A DNA stretch of 64,000 nucleotides from a virus. Its lineage: Duplodnaviria; Heunggongvirae; Uroviricota; Caudoviricetes. A model generated the notes under the pieces. The model was not told the origin of the DNA, searched no databases, and saw nothing but the letters and a program-made list of their open reading frames with translations. Below, in pieces: positions 17,976 to 26,673 of this stretch (position 1 is the stretch's first letter; every line of letters starts with the position of its first letter). The position numbers were made by a program, and so were the translations under genes. Location of the stretch: the IMG/VR virus record IMGVR_UViG_2595698888_000001, positions 1 to 64,000 of that record. One strand, given 5' to 3'.

Positions 17976-18004
17976 TTGCATTCAAATAACAGTACTGGCA
18001 TAAT
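17976..18004 (+). promoter_or_regulatory. promoter TTGCAT-17-CATAAT with UP element ataaattcaaacgaaaaaaaa
   Basis: sequence. Confidence 0.45.
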
Positions 18005-18055
18005 ACTTACATGGATTAGGGAATGGCCTTAATCATTTTAAGCGAGAATACTATC

Positions 18056-18631
18056 ATGAAATTCGAAGAACTGAACGAAGAACAAAAAGCTAGAGCAATT
18101 GAAAAACATCGCGATATCAACGTTGACTATGACGAATGGTATGATTTTGTAAAAGAAGAACATCATTCTAAACTGGAAGAAGTTGGTTTTTCTGGTGTAG
18201 AGTCTGCATATTCTGGATTCTGGTCACAAGGTGACGGTGCAAGTTTTACTGCTGATAGCCTGGATATTGAGAAGTTTTTACGTGCAACTAAACGCTGGAC
18301 TTATTATCGTCCGTTGCATGAAATGATCCGTATTAATGAAATATGGGCTAAAGTAGTTCGTACTACTCACCGCTACTGTCACGAAAACACAACTCAAGCA
18401 GAGTTACACGGTGAACATTACCTTAATTTAACATCGCGTCAAGAATCTTTGTATGAAGAACTTGAAAAGGAAATTGATGAATATATCACACGTGCAGGTC
18501 AAGAGTACTATCGCGATCTGAATACTGCATATGATGATTTAACTTCTGACGAACAAGTTAAACTATCAATCATTGCAAATGATATGGACTTTGAAGAAGA
18601 CCCACGTGAATCAGGCATAACTTATCTTTGA
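18056..18631 (+). CDS. hypothetical acidic protein (191 aa)
   Basis: RBS gcgagaatactatcATG. Confidence 0.55.
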   Translation: MKFEELNEEQKARAIEKHRDINVDYDEWYDFVKEEHHSKLEEVGFSGVESAYSGFWSQGDGASFTADSLDIEKFLRATKRWTYYRPLHEMIRINEIWAKVVRTTHRYCHENTTQAELHGEHYLNLTSRQESLYEELEKEIDEYITRAGQEYYRDLNTAYDDLTSDEQVKLSIIANDMDFEEDPRESGITYL

Positions 18632-18639
18632 CAAGTACT

Positions 18640-18678
18640 CAAAGGGGATTGACTAGTTCAATCCCTTTGTTGTATAAT
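18640..18678 (+). promoter_or_regulatory. terminator-promoter hybrid aaaggggaTTGACTagttcaatcccttt + TATAAT
   Basis: sequence. Confidence 0.5.
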
Positions 18679-18879
18679 AACAATACGGAGACAATAGAAT
18701 GGTTGAGTATACAACTATCAATCCGGTATATGAAGAAGGGAAAGCAATGAACAAAATTGCTTTATGTTTTATACTTTTTATAGTACTTTTATTATGAGAC
18801 TACTTAAACAGCATAGCGAAGTATCTTTGTATAGTAGTATGGGATTGTTTTTAGTATCAAAAGGCCGGACAAAAATAAC

Positions 18880-18908
18880 TTGCAAAAGTGGTGTAACTGC
18901 ATTATACT
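18880..18908 (+). promoter_or_regulatory. promoter TTGCAA-17-TATACT
   Basis: aaataacTTGCAAaagtggtgtaactgcatTATACTtctttcatc. Confidence 0.5.
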
Positions 18909-18945
18909 TCTTTCATCAACTAACCAATATTAAGTGAGTACTGAA

Positions 18946-19278
18946 ATGAGAAAACCTAACGTAGAAATTCTTTGTGATTCACATCACGGAATTTATATTC
19001 CGTCTATCATGATTCAACGTCTGGTAGATAATGGCTGGCGTAACATTCCTGATGATGCAGTTGAAATTCTCAAAGATCCTAATCATGAATGTTATTGGGA
19101 AACGTGGCAAGAAGTACTGGACAATGCTGAATGGCATGATGCAAGTACTAGCCAGGTTTTCAAACTGCATCATGACGGCGATCTGTTTGCAGTATGCCCT
19201 GAAAGTTGTACGCCACAAGAGTATCATCATATCTATGGTGAATATCCTGAATGGTACAACCAGGAAGAAGAAGTATGA
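18946..19278 (+). CDS. hypothetical His/Cys/Trp-rich protein (110 aa)
   Basis: RBS taagtgagtactgaaATG. Confidence 0.55.
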   Translation: MRKPNVEILCDSHHGIYIPSIMIQRLVDNGWRNIPDDAVEILKDPNHECYWETWQEVLDNAEWHDASTSQVFKLHHDGDLFAVCPESCTPQEYHHIYGEYPEWYNQEEEV

Positions 19279-19361
19279 TCCAGTATTGGTGGCTTGAGCC
19301 AGTACTCTATCTGATTGTAGCACTCACCGCATTATATGTAGTTGTTACAATCTTTGGTTAA
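19275..19361 (+). CDS. tiny hydrophobic peptide (28 aa), ATGA overlap with previous gene
   Basis: MIQYWWLEPVLYLIVALTALYVVVTIFG. Confidence 0.3.
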   Translation: MIQYWWLEPVLYLIVALTALYVVVTIFG

Positions 19362-19374
19362 ATTCAAAAAGTAC

Positions 19375-19403
19375 TTGACTCCGGTCAGGTACTTTGCTAT
19401 TAT
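19375..19403 (+). promoter_or_regulatory. promoter TTGACT-17-TATTAT
   Basis: aaaagtacTTGACTccggtcaggtactttgcTATTAT. Confidence 0.45.
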
Positions 19404-19565
19404 GTATACATAGCAAGAACAATGCTTTAGCCCATAGGGTGCAGCAGTGTAGCTATAGTATAAGGATGTAACTGAAACAAATATAAAGTTAAATGAAAAA
19501 TCCCCTTGCTTTCTTTCTTTCGTGTGGTATACTTTAATTATTGAAACAGAGCGGAGTAGAAAGAA

Positions 19566-19808
19566 ATGGAAAAGTCTGGAATTGAATTTAAAGTCCGTAA
19601 GTGGTCTGAACATGGTGCTCGCCGCCCATTCGACGTGGTAGCACTGGATCACGACAACAACAAACAGCACTACCAGCCAGGCTGCACTTTCAGTACTGAA
19701 GATGGGGCAAAGCGTCATCAGGCAATACTGGAAAAACGTATTAAAGATGTACCAAACAGTATTAAGTTTATTCGTGACTGCTGGCCTGTAGACGGCGGTA
19801 TTGAATAA
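19566..19808 (+). CDS. hypothetical protein (80 aa)
   Basis: RBS agcggagtagaaagaaATG. Confidence 0.55.
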   Translation: MEKSGIEFKVRKWSEHGARRPFDVVALDHDNNKQHYQPGCTFSTEDGAKRHQAILEKRIKDVPNSIKFIRDCWPVDGGIE

Positions 19809-19841
19809 AGATTTAAATAAAGATTCAAATGAAAAAAGTAC

Positions 19842-19870
19842 TAGACAAAAACGATTTAGTACTTTATAAT
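19842..19870 (+). promoter_or_regulatory. promoter TAGACA-17-TATAAT
   Basis: aaaaagtacTAGACAaaaacgatttagtacttTATAAT. Confidence 0.5.
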
Positions 19871-19899
19871 TTAAAAACTAAATGAGTGGAGACACGAAA

Positions 19900-20787
19900 A
19901 TGTTAAAATTATACAAAGGTATTAACGGCCTGGCACTGAAATCAAATCGCCCTCTTAACAGAGCGGAACTTCTGGAAGTAGTCCCTTCTATCTTTGCAAT
20001 TGAAGGGCATTCTTCACGTAGCTCCCGTTTCGCACCAGTTGCAACGATTGATGTACTGGATCGCCTGGCACAAGAAAACTACTTTCCGATGTTTGCTATT
20101 CAGTCGCAAACACGCGATGCATCAAAACGCGATTATACTAAACATATGATCCGTTTGCGTCAGCCGGGTAAGCAGGAAGGTGAAGCAAACGAAATCATCC
20201 TGGTAAACGCCAATGATGGCACAAGTGCATATCAGTTGATGGCAGGTCAATTCCGTTTTGTATGTTCTAACGGTTTAGTTATGGGTGATATGTCTCATAA
20301 CACGAAGATCTACCACAAAGGCACTGACATTATGGACGATGTTATTGAAGGTGTTTACACGGTGGTTAAAGACTTTGATGAAATCGAACGCTACAAAAAG
20401 GAAATGAAGCAGATTCAACTTAGTACTGAACAACGCGATTCCTTTGCAATCGCCGCCTATATCATGAAAGAAGGTTTACCGGAAAACGGCGATTGGGCGA
20501 ACGCAGTATATCAGCCACGAGCATTACTTTCTACGAAAGACCTGAACACGCTGGATCGTTATGATAACAGTCTGTACAGTACTTTTAACACTGTACAGCA
20601 ACATATGATGGCTGGTGGGCAACGTGGCTATAATCCACATACTGGCCGCCGTCGCTCAAGTCGTGAAGTAACGAACATCGACAAAAACATTGATCTGAAT
20701 AGTACGTTGTGGCGTACTGCGATGAAAATGGTAGACCAATATAGTCTACTGAAAAACGCAGAACCTGAAGAATTAATTCAGTTCTAA
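19900..20787 (+). CDS. DUF932 family protein (YfjQ-like phage/ICE protein)
   Basis: motifs HSSRSSRFAPVATIDVLDRL, YTKHMIRLR, EIILVNANDGTSAYQLMAGQFRFVCSNGLV, HKGTDIMDDVIEG match the recalled YfjQ/DUF932 consensus. Confidence 0.7.
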   Translation: MLKLYKGINGLALKSNRPLNRAELLEVVPSIFAIEGHSSRSSRFAPVATIDVLDRLAQENYFPMFAIQSQTRDASKRDYTKHMIRLRQPGKQEGEANEIILVNANDGTSAYQLMAGQFRFVCSNGLVMGDMSHNTKIYHKGTDIMDDVIEGVYTVVKDFDEIERYKKEMKQIQLSTEQRDSFAIAAYIMKEGLPENGDWANAVYQPRALLSTKDLNTLDRYDNSLYSTFNTVQQHMMAGGQRGYNPHTGRRRSSREVTNIDKNIDLNSTLWRTAMKMVDQYSLLKNAEPEELIQF

Positions 20788-20795
20788 GTCAAATT

Positions 20796-20830
20796 GGGGG
20801 TTGACAACGATTAGCCCCCTAAGCTATACT
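20796..20830 (+). promoter_or_regulatory. terminator-promoter hybrid gggggTTGACAacgattagccccct + TATACT
   Basis: sequence. Confidence 0.5.
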
Positions 20831-20863
20831 TGCATTTGACAACGTAAACGGAGTAACGGAACC

Positions 20864-21202
20864 ATGAGCATGAATTTTTTCATCATGACCAGTACAACGC
20901 AAGACGGTCACACCGAGTACGGCAAAACTGAATACGTTATCGTAGGTCAGGATAAAGCGGGCCGCCGTTTCCGCCTTGATACTTCTGTATTATACAATGA
21001 CGATAAAACAGACCGTGAATGCCGCGATATTCAAAATCGTCGTATTATGCGTATGCTGCAAAGTATCGCGTATGGTCAGAAGATCGATATGCAATTCTGG
21101 AAAGAAATCGAACCTGCATACGAATCTGAGGCGTTTTATAAGTTAGATACTAAGCAACGCATGAAGATCGAACAGGAACATGTCGATATGTATGGCGTTT
21201 AA
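20864..21202 (+). CDS. hypothetical protein (112 aa), paralog of 21787-22134
   Basis: shares KTEYxIV...G.R.RL and W.EI.P.Y.S motifs with downstream ORF. Confidence 0.55.
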   Translation: MSMNFFIMTSTTQDGHTEYGKTEYVIVGQDKAGRRFRLDTSVLYNDDKTDRECRDIQNRRIMRMLQSIAYGQKIDMQFWKEIEPAYESEAFYKLDTKQRMKIEQEHVDMYGV

Positions 21203-21229
21203 CTTATAGTACTGCGTAACGTAATACAA

Positions 21230-21258
21230 GGGCAACCATTCAACGGTTGCCCTTTTTT
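21230..21258 (+). terminator. rho-independent terminator
   Basis: gggcaaccattcaacggttgccc + ttttttaa. Confidence 0.6.
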
Positions 21259-21465
21259 AATTCATTTTTTTTTAAATTAACACTTGACAAATCAAATTTA
21301 ATAATAATTTGTACAAACCTATACACGAGTACTGTACAATTTTTTTATATTTTTCAGATAATTATGTGATGCAAGTTTTGTAAATGATGCTAAGGAACGA
21401 TTGACAGGCATAGGATAATTCCGATACAATAGCCCTAAGTTAACAAGCGAAGCGAGTATAATAAT

Positions 21466-21687
21466 ATGAGTAGTTCAGTTAATAGCAGTGAATTGGAAGC
21501 ATTGAAAATCCGTTGGTATCAATTAGCCATTGAAGGCAAGCCAGTGATCGGCGAAGATGAAAAGTTGTTCAACTCCCTCCCCCGCTACGTTCAAGAGGAA
21601 CTAAAGAAGGCATATCTTTTCGGCGTGAACGATGAATGCGAAACCTGGATGATCCCACAACAAGTAACGGCAAAAGTCAAAAACTAA
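21466..21687 (+). CDS. hypothetical protein (73 aa), paralog of 22592-22768
   Basis: ELEALKIRWYQLAIEG...KLFNSLPRYVQEELKKAY vs LAELRTKWYNLGKEG...VLFNSLDPWQKRELHNAY. Confidence 0.55.
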   Translation: MSSSVNSSELEALKIRWYQLAIEGKPVIGEDEKLFNSLPRYVQEELKKAYLFGVNDECETWMIPQQVTAKVKN

Positions 21688-21720
21688 TCCAGTACTATCA
21701 CGCATATAAACATACTCCAG

Positions 21721-21754
21721 GGGGTTGACTTTGGTCAGCCCTTTTTGCTATACT
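21721..21754 (+). promoter_or_regulatory. terminator-promoter hybrid ggggTTGACTttggtcagccctttttgc + TATACT
   Basis: sequence. Confidence 0.5.
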
Positions 21755-21786
21755 TCTATTACACCAAAGCAAGAGAGTACAAAACC

Positions 21787-22134
21787 ATGTTAGACGTTTA
21801 TATCAGAAGTGATTTAGTATCAGATGGCGTTGATGAATGCGGTACTCCAAAAGAAAAGACAGAGTACTACATCGTAGCAGAATCTGAAACAGGTCAGCGT
21901 ATCAGATTGGAAAATGCTTCTATCGTGAACCGCGATTTTTCCGATGAACAATGTGTCGCGTACTTAGAACCAACAGTTAATAAAATCAAAAATCATTTGG
22001 CTGGTGGCGGTAAACTTAATCCAGATCTATGGTACGAAATCGATCCATGCTACGGGTCACAACGTTACATGGATTTAGATAGTTCTGGCTTCTTCTACCA
22101 CCGCGAGAAACGAGAAGATACCTATCGCAATTAA
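21787..22134 (+). CDS. hypothetical protein (115 aa), paralog of 20864-21202
   Basis: RBS aagcaagagagtacaaaaccATG. Confidence 0.5.
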   Translation: MLDVYIRSDLVSDGVDECGTPKEKTEYYIVAESETGQRIRLENASIVNRDFSDEQCVAYLEPTVNKIKNHLAGGGKLNPDLWYEIDPCYGSQRYMDLDSSGFFYHREKREDTYRN

Positions 22135-22151
22135 GTAAACACCAATTCAAG

Positions 22152-22320
22152 AAAATTTCGAGTACTTGTCAAATCAAATACAAGTATTCGAAAATTTAGT
22201 TTAGTGTCGAGTACTTGTATAAATTTTCGCGTATGCACCAGCGTATACATATATGCACATATAATGCGTAATATGTACTTGCATACGCCTACACATACAT
22301 GTATACTATCATTGTCAACT
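22152..22320. repeat. complex repeat region: inverted repeat aaatttcgagtacttgt/acaagtattcgaaaattt plus alternating purine-pyrimidine gcgtatgcac/catatatgcacatata/catacatgtatac tracts
   Basis: seen directly; no ORF. Confidence 0.4.
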
Positions 22321-22336
22321 ACAGAGGATCTATATC

Positions 22337-22531
22337 ATGAATGCACAAATTAGACTCTTAGCGAATCAAGTACTGAACAAACGTTACTTGGGCATTGAAG
22401 AAGCAATGGAGCGTATCATCGGCAAATACACTGAACAAAACGCTGATGTACACGCCGCCGTATTCAATGAGATTCAAGATATTCTGAATCCTCATGGTAC
22501 TGGTGAAGATGAAGTTTATTGCGAAAGTTAA
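22337..22531 (+). CDS. hypothetical protein (64 aa)
   Basis: RBS acagaggatctatatcATG. Confidence 0.5.
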   Translation: MNAQIRLLANQVLNKRYLGIEEAMERIIGKYTEQNADVHAAVFNEIQDILNPHGTGEDEVYCES

Positions 22532-22591
22532 TTTGACAACGCGATGTAAGTACTGATATACTTACTACACATTAATCGAGAGGGTAACAAC

Positions 22592-22768
22592 ATGGTACAG
22601 GTAGACTTAGCAGAACTCAGAACTAAATGGTACAACCTGGGGAAAGAAGGTACTGAAATCTCAGGTGATGATGCAGTACTGTTTAACTCCCTCGATCCGT
22701 GGCAAAAGCGGGAACTCCACAATGCCTACGTTGAAGGAACTACGGAAGCCCTTGCAACCGTAGCATAA
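22592..22768 (+). CDS. hypothetical protein (58 aa), paralog of 21466-21687
   Basis: RBS atcgagagggtaacaacATG; not in ORF track (<60 aa). Confidence 0.5.
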   Translation: MVQVDLAELRTKWYNLGKEGTEISGDDAVLFNSLDPWQKRELHNAYVEGTTEALATVA

Positions 22769-22898
22769 CCCTAACAGGCTATCGTATCATAAAAGTGTTG
22801 GCAAAGTCCAGCACTTTTTTTCGTTTTTAAGCAAATAAATTCCTTGACCTTCCCTGCGATATTTGAGAGAATACCCACAAGCCAGAACAAAGGCGTAG

Positions 22899-22969
22899 CC
22901 CACAGGGTGCATAGGCACGTCCAAAATTCAGTACTCAAATTTTAGATAGATCTCCACACCCTGTGGGTC
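22899..22969. repeat. degenerate copy of the long inverted-repeat element (cccacagggtgcatag ... tagatagatctccacaccctgtggg)
   Basis: right arm near-identical to 6662-6686. Confidence 0.55.
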
Positions 22970-23167
22970 AGACCGTTACACCGGTTTATGTACTTATTAT
23001 ACATCAACCACGGATCAATGCAATACCCTGGAGAAAATAAAATTATAAATTCAAACATAATATTCGCTTGAATTCTTTGTTCAGTTTGATAATATACCTA
23101 GACCAAAACAAACAACGGCAAGACTATACCGCCTAAATCGTCAGGCCGGATTATACCCAAAACCCTG

Positions 23168-23533
23168 ATGGAGTATCAAAAAATGAGATTAAGTGAGCTT
23201 CGCGGTATCCTGACAGTACTGGAATATCAGGCACATCAAAAGGGAAACATTGATCCGCTGGTGGAGTTATTCAGCGTTGAATTAGATGGCGATGTTTTCC
23301 TTACTGTAGATATTAATGCTATCCAGGCAGATCCAGCAGGTCAGTTAACCCCAGGTGGATCTATTCACCTGCCATTAAAAGAAATTACTACTCGTGGATT
23401 CGTGGTAGTGTATGGTGATAAAGGCCGTGAGGATTGTATTGTGATTCAGGCCACAAATAAGAAAGAAGCTGAAAGATTGTTCTTGAAACATTTCAGTACT
23501 TATGAACTGAAAACAATCAACGAAGAAATCTAA
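23168..23533 (+). CDS. hypothetical protein (121 aa)
   Basis: ORF. Confidence 0.55.
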   Translation: MEYQKMRLSELRGILTVLEYQAHQKGNIDPLVELFSVELDGDVFLTVDINAIQADPAGQLTPGGSIHLPLKEITTRGFVVVYGDKGREDCIVIQATNKKEAERLFLKHFSTYELKTINEEI

Positions 23534-23545
23534 ATCTTTACAAAT

Positions 23546-23580
23546 CGGGGGTTGACATTAGCCCCCGAAAAATGCAATAA
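23546..23580 (+). promoter_or_regulatory. terminator-promoter hybrid cgggggTTGACAttagcccccg + tgcAATAAT (duplicate of 6555-6595)
   Basis: followed by gacccatagggtgcggaa element. Confidence 0.5.
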
Positions 23581-23772
23581 TATGATCAAGCCAGAAAATT
23601 GGCGTGACCCATAGGGTGCGGAATTGTACCCATAGCTTTTGTAATATAAATTCAAATGAAAAAAGTCCTTGCAAAGCTCATTCGTGTGTATTACTATTAC
23701 CTCATCGAAACAAGAAACGGCAAGACGAATCAGCCGAGAACGTCATGCCCCACTACGCCCAAAGGATTTATC

Positions 23773-24042
23773 ATGAAAGTACAAACATTAATTAAAAAGC
23801 TTTTTGGTGAAAACGCTATCCAGGACTATATGGATACTTTGGACGAAGAAGAACAATATTCAGTTCTTGAATACTATTCAATCCAGCGTAATGAAGATGA
23901 TTCTGAACCAGACTACTTTGTTAAACTATTTGTAGATGGTCTGTACACTATCAAAGATATCAATGGTAATGTGCTTATTCATACATATGAAACACCAGCA
24001 TTAAAAAATAAATTAAAAGTACTTGCACAATCTTCTAACTAA
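23773..24042 (+). CDS. hypothetical protein (89 aa)
   Basis: RBS ccaaaggatttatcATG; upstream ATG lies in promoter. Confidence 0.5.
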   Translation: MKVQTLIKKLFGENAIQDYMDTLDEEEQYSVLEYYSIQRNEDDSEPDYFVKLFVDGLYTIKDINGNVLIHTYETPALKNKLKVLAQSSN

Positions 24043-24112
24043 TAGTATCTTATCTGTGTCGGACGGGAACAGGGTTACATAGTGTAACCCGCTCGCTCCA
24101 GGGAGATTTACA

Positions 24113-24406
24113 ATGGCTACTTCTACTCCTTTCGTTAATGTTTCTGTTAACCGTTTTGGCTTCAATATCCTGGACGTTAAAATGAATCTCGTCGGTACTG
24201 AAGAACCAAGACGCCTGGCAATCATGATGGTACTGATGGCTTGCGGTATCACTGACCCACAAGACCAGGCAGATAACATGCAATGGTTAGAAGATAACTA
24301 TACTCAGTCTGTGACTAATCATGAGACTGTTAAACCGGGTCACACGTCCTTCTACCTGAACGATGATCTCGTGTCCTTCACTTATGAAGTGCAGCACGAC
24401 ATGTAA
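24113..24406 (+). CDS. hypothetical protein (97 aa)
   Basis: RBS ccagggagatttacaATG. Confidence 0.5.
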   Translation: MATSTPFVNVSVNRFGFNILDVKMNLVGTEEPRRLAIMMVLMACGITDPQDQADNMQWLEDNYTQSVTNHETVKPGHTSFYLNDDLVSFTYEVQHDM

Positions 24407-24487
24407 TAATATAAAGTACAATAGTACTTGACAAATACGAAAGGCCGCTGTCATAATGATGGCGGCTTACTTTATGGGATTAACTTT

Positions 24488-24688
24488 ATGTTTAATGTGA
24501 TTGGATGTTTAGGCGTCAGTGTTGGACAGGCTGACAGTATTGATATGGCTACGCTGTTAGTACTGCGACAGATAGCAATAGGAGCTAAGAAGGTACGCAC
24601 CATGCGTAACGCTCTCTCACGCCTTACCACAGGGCAGGAATACCACGTGGAATACGGTGGCTCAGGCTGTACCATACGCCGCTTATAA
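24488..24688 (+). CDS. dubious small ORF in locally GC-rich segment
   Basis: ORF only; weak initiation signals. Confidence 0.25.
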   Translation: MFNVIGCLGVSVGQADSIDMATLLVLRQIAIGAKKVRTMRNALSRLTTGQEYHVEYGGSGCTIRRL

Positions 24689-24916
24689 GTGCTTACAGAA
24701 AGGATTTAAGTACTTTTATCTAAGGTCAAAAAATACCTCACGCAGAAAAAAACTAAGCGAGTTTTAATCTGCGTAGGTAATCCATTGACATTTACCAAAT
24801 GAAATAGTTTACCCTGTGATTATATATCGTCAGGGTAAAGGTGCGGTAATGCTTAGCCGAACATAATTCCGGTATTACCTTATACATATAGAACATTCGG
24901 GGAAATTTGGAGAACT

Positions 24917-25498
24917 ATGGACATACAAAAATACGAAGTACTGAAAAAGATATACTTGAATACTTGGGAGCATATTGTTCCCATGATGCCAGTACAGCGT
25001 GATATAGCAAGACGCAAACTTGATGAAAGATACTCTGCTGATTACAGTACTTGGAGAGATGGAGAAGGATATAATCACTTTTTCCGTCTATACGATATAG
25101 ACTACGGTGAATTCAATTCTGGTTTAGTATTTGAGATGAGTTACAATACTAGTACTAAGTACTTCAGTACTTTCAGTACCAACAGTATTCGCATTGCTCA
25201 CTGGAAACCTGATCATCCACGATTCTATGCACTGTACGATCCAGAGAATGCTAACGATGGTTATATTCATACTTTCATTCAATTTCCTTGTGATACTGAT
25301 TACTTCTTTCAACGTATGCTTGTACAGGAAACATTGGAGTACGAGGATTACGAACTGTGGGATACAGAGGTACAGGTAATGCGTGAAGTACTGAAAGATC
25401 ATCCAGCACTAAGTGTAGGTATGATGTGTAATGACCCTGATTTACATCCTGACGTAGTAGTGTACTTCGCACAACAATTTTTTCAAAGAGAGTACTGA
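24917..25498 (+). CDS. tandem paralog family member 1 (motif DTDYFFQRMLVQETLEY)
   Basis: RBS gaaatttggagaactATG; shares C-terminal-third motif with seven downstream ORFs. Confidence 0.6.
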   Translation: MDIQKYEVLKKIYLNTWEHIVPMMPVQRDIARRKLDERYSADYSTWRDGEGYNHFFRLYDIDYGEFNSGLVFEMSYNTSTKYFSTFSTNSIRIAHWKPDHPRFYALYDPENANDGYIHTFIQFPCDTDYFFQRMLVQETLEYEDYELWDTEVQVMREVLKDHPALSVGMMCNDPDLHPDVVVYFAQQFFQREY

Positions 25499-26122
25499 AT
25501 GATAGAAGAACTACAATTTCAAACCACGATAATCAAAGAATTATGTACTATGTACAAAACAATACTACCATTGTTACAGAAGCAAGAGGAAGCTGGATAC
25601 ACTGGTTCACGAAGGTACTTTAATAGTTTTCACAGTACTGTATTCAATGCACAACTTGAATGTACTGTGACGTTGAATCCTACAGCAGCAAGCATTACTT
25701 ACATTAGTCCTAAATTATACAAAAGTGTATCTCAAACTTTTTGTACTGTTTATAACAAGAGAATGAATGAACGTATTACGAGTATGTACAATTCATTTTC
25801 ATTACTACGAATGTATGGTTCTGTGGATGATTCTATGCTATTAGTTAAGGATGATCATGACAGTATAATCAAGTTAGCTGATTCGTATGACGATGATATA
25901 CTTGAAGCTATGGCATTTCAATTACTGACAAAGTATGATCCAGTGCGGGTACAAGCTATCTTACTTGATCAGGTTTTGTACTGTGATATAAAGGATTTCA
26001 AAAGGATAGTTGTACAGATGGTTCCATTTAGTGGTTTAGGCACTGATAAAGAGAATGAATTAATAAAGGCGTTTAACCATACAGTACTAGGATTGCAGCA
26101 TGAAATTGAAAATCTTTCTTGA
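25499..26122 (+). CDS. tandem paralog family member 2 (motif DDDILEAMAFQLLTKYD)
   Basis: abuts previous stop; motif. Confidence 0.6.
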   Translation: MIEELQFQTTIIKELCTMYKTILPLLQKQEEAGYTGSRRYFNSFHSTVFNAQLECTVTLNPTAASITYISPKLYKSVSQTFCTVYNKRMNERITSMYNSFSLLRMYGSVDDSMLLVKDDHDSIIKLADSYDDDILEAMAFQLLTKYDPVRVQAILLDQVLYCDIKDFKRIVVQMVPFSGLGTDKENELIKAFNHTVLGLQHEIENLS

Positions 26123-26672
26123 GTTATATAAGATATTCGAAGAAATTTACCGAAACGTGAAGAATAATTCTCATATTCGTTTTCACCGTCTTGGACGGTT
26201 AAGTACTGGCAGGGAGTTTGTTATAAGTGCTGATCGAGTATATGTTTACATGGAATTGCAGGATGGTAATTCTATGTTAGATTTTATCAAGATTACTGAC
26301 AGTGATGGTACTCAGATACACAGTACTTTAAGGGATGACAGACTCTTTCGTTATCCTACTAAGTACGCAACAACATTAAGGCATGGTATCTACCGTGAGA
26401 GTTCTGGAGTGTTATTCAAAGCACCTAACACGTTTCCTTTCCTTAATAATGTACCGATGGATGAAGATGTTTTAGAGCCTCTTATGTTCCAGTTAAGTAC
26501 AAAGTACACTATCAATGAAGTTAATGCTATGGTACTGGCTAATGCATTTGAGGAAATTCACAAGGGTCGTTATCATCAGCCTGGTATTAGCATTGATTTC
26601 AATTCATTTGATATGTTAACGGATGAAGAACTTTTAGAATTAACTTCACTAATACCACTGATGGTAAGTTAA
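26100..26672 (+). CDS. tandem paralog family member 3 (motif DEDVLEPLMFQLSTKYT)
   Basis: overlapping start; motif. Confidence 0.55.
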   Translation: MKLKIFLELYKIFEEIYRNVKNNSHIRFHRLGRLSTGREFVISADRVYVYMELQDGNSMLDFIKITDSDGTQIHSTLRDDRLFRYPTKYATTLRHGIYRESSGVLFKAPNTFPFLNNVPMDEDVLEPLMFQLSTKYTINEVNAMVLANAFEEIHKGRYHQPGISIDFNSFDMLTDEELLELTSLIPLMVS

Positions 26673-26673
26673 C

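Noticed and set aside
24428-24688. 86-aa ORF as a real gene
   Set aside because: Poor initiation context, odd composition, no paralog. Retained only as low-confidence feature 24488-24688.
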